A stretch of DNA of 41,768 nt from Microcoleus sp. Aus8_D2 (GTDB taxonomy: Bacteria; Cyanobacteriota; Cyanobacteriia; Cyanobacteriales; Microcoleaceae), in the NCBI RefSeq assembly GCF_036702665.1, contig NZ_JAUBUN010000017.1, positions 1 through 41,768 on the forward strand, in the 5' to 3' direction. The notes under the pieces were generated by a model. It did not search any database. It saw nothing but the letters and a program-made list of their open reading frames with translations, and was not told the origin of the DNA. Position numbers and translations under genes: made by a program. Positions 1 through 7,170 of this stretch are shown piece by piece. The number at the start of each line of letters is the position of its first letter. Positions within the stretch are counted from its first letter, which is position 1.

Positions 1-23
1 TGAGGCTATGCCGCTCTAAGTAT

Positions 24-300
24 CAAGTTTGTCGGGTTAGGTAAAGTTAATATGCTAATGAGTCCTTTGGGTAGGGGGACTCATTTTTATGGTTTATCCC
101 CTTATTTAAGGGGGTAAAATTAAAGTACAAGATACTAAGCTAGATTTTAGAGGGTGTGGTGTCTAGATTATGCCTAGAAAGTGACAAGCCACAATTAAGC
201 AAACTCAACAACTAGGATGACGTAAATAGGTTAAATGACTAGAATGTATCTAGAAATCAAGGATAGGATGGCTGAAAGCATTGGTAAATGGTTAATTTAC
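24..300 (+). repeat. Repeat-family copy A (~275 bp). It contains the perfect 16-bp palindrome CCCCTTATTTAAGGGG and the CTAGATAC(A/T)TTCTAG motif. It is the inverted partner of 2881-3370.
   Basis: By eye, 150-290 is the reverse complement of 2890-3030 with about 3 mismatches in 150 bp. 28-127 is the reverse complement of 3275-3370. The copy overlaps the last codons of ppk. Confidence 0.8.
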
Positions 301-2472
301 CATATCCATCAAAATTTGCTGAGAGCTCACCTCCGGGTTATTAGCAGGCGGGCGTCGCTGAGAGTAGTGTCCCCCAGACTGCAAATCCCAAGCTTGGCGG
401 TTGTCCGCCAACATCACACCCAAAATTTCTTGCAACTCCATCACTATAGTCGGATCTTCCACTTGCACGATCGCCTCAACCCGCCTTGTGAGATTGCGCT
501 GCATCCAGTCAGCAGAACCAATATACACCTCTTCGTTGCCGCCGTTGAAAAAATAAAACATCCGAGAATGCTCTAAAAAGCGGCCGATAATACTGATAAC
601 TTTGATATTTTCGCTAACACCCTCAACGCCCGGACGCAAACAACAAATCCCCCGGATAATCAAATCAATTTTAACACCCGCTTGGGAAGCTTCGTACAAA
701 GCAACAATAATTTGAGGGTCAACTAAAGCATTCATTTTAGCGACAATCCGGCCGCAGCTACCGGTGCCGCCTTCGGCCTGTAAGCGGCAGAAGTCGGCTT
801 CGCGGCGGATTAATGCTAAAAAACGCTCGCGCATATTGACAGGCGCCACCAACAATTTACGATAAGATAGCTGTCGGGAATAACCGGTTAAATAATTAAA
901 CAAGTCCGTCAAATCCGCACCCAAATCTTCGCGACAACTCAACAAACCCACATCCGTATACAGTCCAGCAGTTTTCGGGTTGTAATTTCCCGTGCCGATG
1001 TGGACGTAGCGGCGAATGCAACTGTCCTCGCGCCGGACTACCATCACCACCTTGGTGTGGGTTTTGAGTCCCACCAAACCGTAGACAACGTGCACGCCCG
1101 CTTGTTCTAACTTGCGCGCCCAATTAATGTTATTTTCTTCGTCAAACCGGGCTTTGAGCTCGACTAAAACGGCTACTTGCTTGCCGTTTTCCGCAGCTTG
1201 AATTAAAGAACTGACGATCGGCGAATCACCAGAAGTGCGGTATAAAGTCATCTTAATCGCTAACACCGAGCGATCGTTCGCCGCCTCAGTAATAAACCGC
1301 TGGACAGTGGCTGCAAACGAGTGATAGGGATGGTGCAGCATCAAATCGCCCTGGCGGATGGCCGTGAAAATATCCTCACCCTCCTCAACATCCAACATCG
1401 ATTTACCTACCATCCTGGGCGGTTCCGAGTTCCGCAAGCGGGGCGGCACCACCGGAGTCCAAGGCGGATCTTTGAGTTCCGGTACCGGCAACCCGACAAA
1501 AGACATCAAATCCTTGAGGCCTAGCAGCCCCTCCACGGCGTAAACATCCTGCTCGCCGAGATCCAACTCGTCCATCAACATATCTCGCAGTGCAGGCGGC
1601 ATAATCGCTGGAATTTCCAGGCGCACCGCAGAACCTGTAAATCGGCGTTTGCGGAGTTCCTGTTCAATGGCCAGCAGCAAATCATCTGCCTCATCTTCCT
1701 CCACAGTCAAATCGGAATTGCGAGTAATCCGAAACGGGTGATATTCCTGAATGTCCATCCCCGGAAACAAAGCCTCTAAATTGTGGGCGATTACCTGTTC
1801 GAGAGGTACCCCCGTCCACACAGGAGATTTGCCCCTCTGCTGCCACTGCAAGTCCTCCGGTAAGGGCAAAAATCTGGGCAGAACCTGCGGTACTTTGACG
1901 CGCGCAAATAGTTCTTCGCGGGTGTCGGGGTCTCTGACAACTACTGCTAAATTAAGACTGAGATTGGATAGAAATGGGAAGGGATGACTGGGGTCAACTG
2001 CTAGGGGTGTGAGCACAGGAAATACTTGTTCTTTGAAGTAGCGATGCAAGTAATTTCGCTGTTCTTGATTGAGGTCAATGTAGTCGAGAATGTGGATGCC
2101 GTTTGCTGCTAATTTGGGCCGCAGAGTTTGCTCAAAATACGAGTGTTGCTGAGTAACCATCGGCAAAAGCCGCTTGTTGATGGCATCTAGCTGTTCTTGG
2201 GGCGTGCGGCCGTCGGAGGTCAATTTACTGACTTTTGCTTCTACTTGCTGTTTGAGTGCGGCTACTCGCACCATGAAGTATTCGTCTAAGTTTGAGCTAA
2301 AAATAGCGAGAAATTTGAGTCTTTCTAGGAGGGGCGTGCGGGGGTCTAGGGCTTCGTGGAGCACGCGGTTGTTGAATTCTAGCCAGCTTTGTTCTCGGTT
2401 GAAGTAGTATTGCGGGTCGCTGAGGTTGATTTCGGTGTAGGTTTTGGCTGGGGTCTTTTTTTGCTTGGACAT
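292..2472 (-). CDS. ppk: Polyphosphate kinase 1 (PPK1)
   Basis: 726-aa ORF whose N-terminus (YFNREQSWLEFNNRVLHEA...RLKFLAIFSSNLDEYFMVRV) and overall length are typical of the PPK1 family. Confidence 0.93.
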   Translation of the reverse strand: MSKQKKTPAKTYTEINLSDPQYYFNREQSWLEFNNRVLHEALDPRTPLLERLKFLAIFSSNLDEYFMVRVAALKQQVEAKVSKLTSDGRTPQEQLDAINKRLLPMVTQQHSYFEQTLRPKLAANGIHILDYIDLNQEQRNYLHRYFKEQVFPVLTPLAVDPSHPFPFLSNLSLNLAVVVRDPDTREELFARVKVPQVLPRFLPLPEDLQWQQRGKSPVWTGVPLEQVIAHNLEALFPGMDIQEYHPFRITRNSDLTVEEDEADDLLLAIEQELRKRRFTGSAVRLEIPAIMPPALRDMLMDELDLGEQDVYAVEGLLGLKDLMSFVGLPVPELKDPPWTPVVPPRLRNSEPPRMVGKSMLDVEEGEDIFTAIRQGDLMLHHPYHSFAATVQRFITEAANDRSVLAIKMTLYRTSGDSPIVSSLIQAAENGKQVAVLVELKARFDEENNINWARKLEQAGVHVVYGLVGLKTHTKVVMVVRREDSCIRRYVHIGTGNYNPKTAGLYTDVGLLSCREDLGADLTDLFNYLTGYSRQLSYRKLLVAPVNMRERFLALIRREADFCRLQAEGGTGSCGRIVAKMNALVDPQIIVALYEASQAGVKIDLIIRGICCLRPGVEGVSENIKVISIIGRFLEHSRMFYFFNGGNEEVYIGSADWMQRNLTRRVEAIVQVEDPTIVMELQEILGVMLADNRQAWDLQSGGHYSQRRPPANNPEVSSQQILMDMVN

Positions 2473-2622
2473 GGTTTGCGGGAGTCTTGGGGAGGCTCGA
2501 TTGTATCTTTACCATTAGTATTGCAGTAGTATTGCGGTAGTGGGGCGGTTGCGGGCGATTGAAATCGCGCCGACACAGACAAAACCCGAGCTCAGAGGGG
2601 TTGAAGAAATTAAAACTTAACT

Positions 2623-2727
2623 GGTTCCAAGGCAGAGCCTTGGAACCCATATTCAGAGGCTCTGCCTCGGCTGGTAAAATGGAGGCAGAGCCTCCCGGAT
2701 CTGCGTTACCAGGCAGAGCCTGGTAAC
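2623..2727. repeat. Array of four short hairpins. All share the apex GGC-AGA-GCC but have different, compensating stem extensions (ccaaggc/gccttgg, gaggc/gcctc, ggaggc/gcctcc, ccaggc/gcctgg).
   Basis: Read directly in 2623-2647, 2654-2668, 2680-2696 and 2706-2727. Located in the ppk upstream region. Confidence 0.7.
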
Positions 2728-2880
2728 GAGTATAAACTCTTGTGGGGTGGGCTTCTAGCCCGCCCCAAAGGCATAACATCATATCACGCACCAATCCCCG
2801 CAATCCAATCCTGCACCGCCTCCAACAAATCCTCTGCATCCACCGCAAAACCTGTTAACGGCAATTCCAGCGGTGTGGCG

Positions 2881-3370
2881 CTAATCCAGATTAGTTACCA
2901 TTTACCAATGCTTTCAGCCATCCTATCCTTGATTTCTAGATACTTTCTAGTCATTTAACCTATTTACGTTATCCTAGTTGTTGAGATTGCTTAATTGTGG
3001 CTTGTCACTTTCTAGGCATAATCTAGACACCACACCCTCTAAAATCTAGCTTAGTATCTTGCACTTTAACTTTAACCCCTTAAATAAGGGGATAAATCAT
3101 AAACACTCCCAAAACCCCCATTTATAAAAAATTAAAATGACGTTTTGGGGTGAAAAACCCGGTTTTGATTTTAGGCCATAACACAAAGTACAAATATCGC
3201 TATGCTTGGCAGACTCTAGAGTAGTGATTTTCGACTTGGTGAGAGTAAAAATATGTAGGATAATTGATAATCTATTATTTAACTTTAACCCCTTAAATAA
3301 GGGGATAAACAATAAAAATGAGTCCCCCTACCCAAAGGACTCATTAGCATATTAACTTTACCTAACCTGA
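2881..3370 (-). repeat. Repeat-family copy B, inverted relative to copy A. It is interrupted by about 185 bp (3096-3277), and the segment TTTATCCCCTTATTTAAGGGGTTAAAGTT is duplicated on both sides of the interruption.
   Basis: 2881-3095 aligns to the reverse complement of 95-300 at about 98% identity. 3278-3370 aligns to the reverse complement of 28-127. The palindrome CCCCTTAAATAAGGGG occurs at 3068-3083 and 3287-3302. Confidence 0.75.
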
Positions 3371-3375
3371 CAAAC

Positions 3376-3606
3376 TTACTCTTTTCTAGAGATTTGTTGC
3401 CAGTGGCGAGGCATTGGTAAATCCCAGTCTAAAGTAATTTCATCTCCTATTTCCCTACCCAAAAAGAAGGGACTAAGCACTTTGTTGGCGTGAGCTTGCC
3501 ACAAAGAAAGTTGGCTACTGTCAATGTCTTCTTGCCACACAGAAGGTTCGTTACCGCCGGGTAAAAGTATCCACCTAATATACAAGTCAAGTCCTAAGTT
3601 GGTCAA
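3376..3606 (-). CDS. Hypothetical protein. Possibly the 3' continuation of 3616-4221 after a frameshift.
   Basis: 76-aa ORF immediately downstream on the same strand. Confidence 0.3.
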   Translation of the reverse strand: MTNLGLDLYIRWILLPGGNEPSVWQEDIDSSQLSLWQAHANKVLSPFFLGREIGDEITLDWDLPMPRHWQQISRKE

Positions 3607-3615
3607 GGTAGTTAC

Positions 3616-4221
3616 CTATCGCTTTCTGTGTCCTGCAATTGGACACCTGCTACGGGTATAAACAGGTTCCCAAGAAACTTTTAAGTTTTGAGATTTGCCT
3701 ACATAAATAACTTTTGGTTCTGTTTTGCTTACCATCACAAAGAACAAACCACGAGAAGGAGGTAAAAAATGGAGTGAAGAAAGAGGCAATATCGGTAACT
3801 GTAAAATACTTTGTGGGGTGATGTCAGTTACCATGTTTATTTGAGCTTTGTCGGAATTCCCTAAGTATTCCTCCATTACAGTCGCTTTTTTAAGAGCGAT
3901 ATGTGGACTCTCATTCGGTAACTTCGCTTTTCGCTCTGTTCGCTCTATCGATTCAGGAGGAGGAAACTCACCCTCATAATGCACTAGACGTTTCCATGTT
4001 TCAGTCATGGTTACATTGCCGAAACATTTTGCATAGGAATCTATATTTAGTTTCTTAGCAAGCTGTTTGTAGAACTCGAAACTCCCAGCACCCAAGTTAC
4101 CAAAAACAAAACCTGAGTTGAAACCTAGGCTTTTACGTGCCGAACAGTATTCTTCTCGCTCTTCTAACGCGGACGTTACGATTTGCGATCGCAAATCACT
4201 TGATAACGGTAAATCTGTCAT
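3616..4221 (-). CDS. Hypothetical protein (island cargo). The C-terminal stretch GLFFVMVSKTEPKVIYVGKSQNLK is faintly GIY-YIG-like.
   Basis: 201-aa ORF with no recognisable family. The ORF 3376-3606 follows after a 9-bp gap in another frame, so this may be a frameshifted single gene. Confidence 0.4.
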   Translation of the reverse strand: MTDLPLSSDLRSQIVTSALEEREEYCSARKSLGFNSGFVFGNLGAGSFEFYKQLAKKLNIDSYAKCFGNVTMTETWKRLVHYEGEFPPPESIERTERKAKLPNESPHIALKKATVMEEYLGNSDKAQINMVTDITPQSILQLPILPLSSLHFLPPSRGLFFVMVSKTEPKVIYVGKSQNLKVSWEPVYTRSRCPIAGHRKR

Positions 4222-4676
4222 AGTTATTCTGTTCCAATCGTTGGTTGTAAACGTTTGGGGAAGTCGTGGTTAGTGTGGTTCGTCAAAACCGCATTACCGC
4301 GCATCAATCTTCCTTAGTTACTCACGATTGCAGGTTTGCAGCCGCTTGTCAACGGTATAACCGTTAAGTTCTGTAAAGTTTTGTTACGGGTAATGGTACA
4401 GAAAAAATAAAAGTTCGTTATATAACCTTTGTTTGTAGCGTAAGTCGCTAATATGGTTTATTTATTATAGCTTACTTAATTAGACTAAAAGGTACAAAAA
4501 AGTTGAATAGGAGGGTTTTTTATTGGCTATTTTTATATTTACTATTTACACCCTGTTTTAGTCCATTTTAACGCTATACTGATTTTGTAAACCTATATGG
4601 TTTTGAAATATTTTGACATATACTGAAAACAGCCAGCGATTTAAGCGCAAAGTATTCTGAACAAGGAAGTGGCAGA

Positions 4677-4916
4677 ATGATTGTGAATTACGAGAATACA
4701 CCCGTCTCTATGCCCCATTATTGGGAACACATAGTAACATCTCATTACCTGACAAAGAATAGGTACGTCCCTGCTTATAAGCTAGAAGCGCTTAAGGATG
4801 GCGATAGCATAATTGATAGATGCCGTCGGAGATGGTGGAAAATTAAATTAGACGAACACAACCAACATTTGAAACCACAAGGTGCTATTATCCGTTTTGT
4901 TTACTGTAACGGCTAA
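4677..4916 (+). CDS. Hypothetical small protein (79 aa) in the AT-rich island
   Basis: Isolated ORF in AT-rich DNA with no recognisable motif. Confidence 0.25.
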   Translation: MIVNYENTPVSMPHYWEHIVTSHYLTKNRYVPAYKLEALKDGDSIIDRCRRRWWKIKLDEHNQHLKPQGAIIRFVYCNG

Positions 4917-5575
4917 AGCACTATTAAACCGTAAATCAAAGTAGGTCAATCTCAGTTGGTCTACTTTTTTGTGGGTAAATAAAGCGGATTTAGTAGTACA
5001 GGATTACGGAACTTTATAGGTTGGTAACATCGTTGTCAACATTAAACAGTGTTATTTAAGTGATGTACATATGTAAGATTTGTAAACATTTACGAGTATA
5101 GGGGAGTACAATAGATAAGTTTTATTAATATTAAAATTAGAGTAATTGTAAATCAATGTAACGGAAATATTGCATTAGAACTAACTAACTAGATAAAAAA
5201 CATGAACAGAGAGATACAAAAATAGTGGGTAGAAAGAGGTAGTAAAGAAAAATAAATCCCCCCCAGGGTTTTGTACCTTTCAAGCCTTAAAGGAGGCAAA
5301 AATGGCTGTTTCTGTGGCGATTAAGAGCATGAGTGATTATAAATTGCAAAAAATGAAGGGAAAGGATAGCGACTCACTTCATTAATAAAACTTATCTATT
5401 TAAATATAGGGGGGTTCAGTTTTGATTAGTAGCTGTAATATTTTTATTATTTATCCCCCCATATTGGGGGGGATAAAGTTATATATTTACTGATGATATG
5501 ACCTACAGGTTCACTCAGTAAGTAGGCACAAAAAAACCTACCGGGTTAGGGTAGGTAGGTATGTACTGGGTAGGG

Positions 5576-7027
5576 TTAGACTACTACTAACTCTGTTGAC
5601 TCATTAATACCTAAGTAATGTCTTAGAATCACATCCACACTGTTGCCACAACTGCTAGCTATGCGTAACAGAGCGTTGTTATTGTGGCTATTAGCTTGCG
5701 CGGTTAGCGTGATGTAAGTGTGACGGCAATGATAGGACGCTAAATAACCACTAATTTTGCCTTCACGAGCCAATTGTGAGACTATACCGGGATAGAAATA
5801 CGTTACTTCTTCCCCTGATTTGAGAGTTTGTTTTTTTACATAATCACGCCAAACTCTCCCTAGGGAAGAAGTATCTATATACCCCCCATTGGCATTTGAA
5901 AAAATTAAACCCTCTGTTTTGTCGCCTTTAATTTCTAACAACAAAGCTTTTAAACGTTCAAAATCTTCAAAATAAAACAAGCGGCTCTCGCCCGTCTTAG
6001 TGTTTTTAACCTTGCGAGTAGAAGCACCTAGTGACTTACTAATTTTGATAACATGACGTTCAAAATTAACGTCACGCCAAGTTAGTGCATAAACTTCGCT
6101 AGGGCGACAACCCGTTAAAAACAGAAATTCGATAAACGGTGCAAACATGATAGAACCTTTGCGAGTTCTATTGCTATCAGACTCATAAAACGCTTTGATG
6201 ATGATATCACGTTCATCCTTAGTAAAGGCACGCTTATCATTCTCTAAAGCTTTCTCATCCTCTACTTCATGCCATTCTACAATCTCACCATTAACTACTT
6301 TGTCAGCATACTTTTGCTGTGTTGTGACAACAGGTACGCTAAATTTGTTAGTAGCAAAAGGATTGTTAGTAGCCGAATTAACGATTAATCCTTTTGATTG
6401 GGCATACTCAAAGGCTTGATTTAACGCTCTCAAACTCAAAGTTTTGAGTTTGGATGTTATTGAATCAAGCGCGGTTTCAATACCCTGTTTGTCATTTAAA
6501 TGAACGGTAGCTAGCGGGTTGTCAGATAGTGTCAACTGACTACCCTTGTTTTGAAAAATTTTACCGTAAATTATGTTGCCATATTTTTTGTACGTTGTGT
6601 CAAAAGTAGTTTCTTCTATGGTTGTTTTTTTCCACAATAGATATGCTTCCCACATCGCACCTACGGTTATCTCAGGTACGGTTTGAGTCGTACCCGGCAA
6701 TTGAAGTACATCAGCTAACTTAGCATATTTGCCCCCTCCTAAGCCATATTTAGCAAGGGTAGGGTCAAACAGCTTTTCCCACTCTGGATGGTCTAAATCA
6801 GCCTCCATCGCAGCAGCAATTTGGCTAGCCCGCTTCCAATCCTCTGGGGTATCAGAGTAGCCGTATTTGCCTATTCCTAAGCACTTAGGCTTACCCTTGA
6901 GTGATTTACCGTCTAGTAGCTCCCACAGGGTGCTATGGCGCTTGGGGAAGCGCAAGGCGAGTGACCCTTTGTCAGAGTAAACAGATACATCACAAGCGGA
7001 CTGTGCCTTTTGAGATTGAGCTTTCAT
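5576..7027 (-). CDS. Tyrosine recombinase / phage-type integrase
   Basis: C-terminal catalytic signatures are present: LTGCRPSEV (Arg), HCRHTYITL (H-x-R-H box) and VILRHYLGI (Tyr). A ~480-aa protein with a long N-terminal arm/core-binding region. Confidence 0.88.
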   Translation of the reverse strand: MKAQSQKAQSACDVSVYSDKGSLALRFPKRHSTLWELLDGKSLKGKPKCLGIGKYGYSDTPEDWKRASQIAAAMEADLDHPEWEKLFDPTLAKYGLGGGKYAKLADVLQLPGTTQTVPEITVGAMWEAYLLWKKTTIEETTFDTTYKKYGNIIYGKIFQNKGSQLTLSDNPLATVHLNDKQGIETALDSITSKLKTLSLRALNQAFEYAQSKGLIVNSATNNPFATNKFSVPVVTTQQKYADKVVNGEIVEWHEVEDEKALENDKRAFTKDERDIIIKAFYESDSNRTRKGSIMFAPFIEFLFLTGCRPSEVYALTWRDVNFERHVIKISKSLGASTRKVKNTKTGESRLFYFEDFERLKALLLEIKGDKTEGLIFSNANGGYIDTSSLGRVWRDYVKKQTLKSGEEVTYFYPGIVSQLAREGKISGYLASYHCRHTYITLTAQANSHNNNALLRIASSCGNSVDVILRHYLGINESTELVVV

Positions 7028-7059
7028 GGTAGGTTCTCTCTGTGACTATTGGTTTGTCA

Positions 7060-7160
7060 AGGTTCTGGGTTTCTAGATACTTTCTAGATAATGACTAGAA
7101 TGTGCCTGGTATTTAACCCCTTATTTAAGGGGTTAAACCATAAAATCAGTATAACATGGT
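7060..7160 (-). repeat. Repeat-family copy C. It is abbreviated, in the same orientation as copy B, and lies immediately 3' of the integrase.
   Basis: TTTCTAGATACTTTCTAG...ATGACTAGAATGT...AACCCCTTATTTAAGGGGTTAAACCATAAAA matches the B and A motifs. Confidence 0.65.
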
Positions 7161-7170
7161 TTTCGCCTGC

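Larger units (their letters stand above)
3096..7160. mobile_element. Putative small integrative element/genomic islet. It is AT-rich DNA carrying hypothetical genes and a tyrosine integrase, bounded by repeat copies B (2881-3370) and C (7060-7160) in direct orientation.
   Basis: Marked drop in GC (especially 4300-5560) compared with flanking genes. The integrase gene abuts repeat C. Motifs shared by B and C are TTTCTAGATACTTTCTAG and CCCCTTATTTAAGGGG-TTAAACCATAAAA. Confidence 0.5.

Noticed and set aside
235-576. 113-aa plus-strand ORF overlapping the 3' end of ppk
   Set aside because: It is antisense to a well-supported PPK1 gene and partly encoded by the repeat, with no motif. This is a typical shadow ORF.
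2297-2848. 183-aa minus-strand ORF spanning the ppk start and the hairpin array
   Set aside because: It is out of frame with ppk, and its low-complexity translation (PRAPRSPRPPHAPP) comes from the GGCAGAGCC palindromes. The ppk start at 2472 is canonical (MSKQKKTPAKTYTEINL).
5400-5575. Looked for a tRNA gene as the integrase target near either end of the islet (also 7030-7170)
   Set aside because: No T-arm (GGTTCGAATCC-like) or cloverleaf-compatible segment was found by eye. The ends carry the repeat family instead. No tRNA is reported, but a tRNAscan run is needed to be sure.
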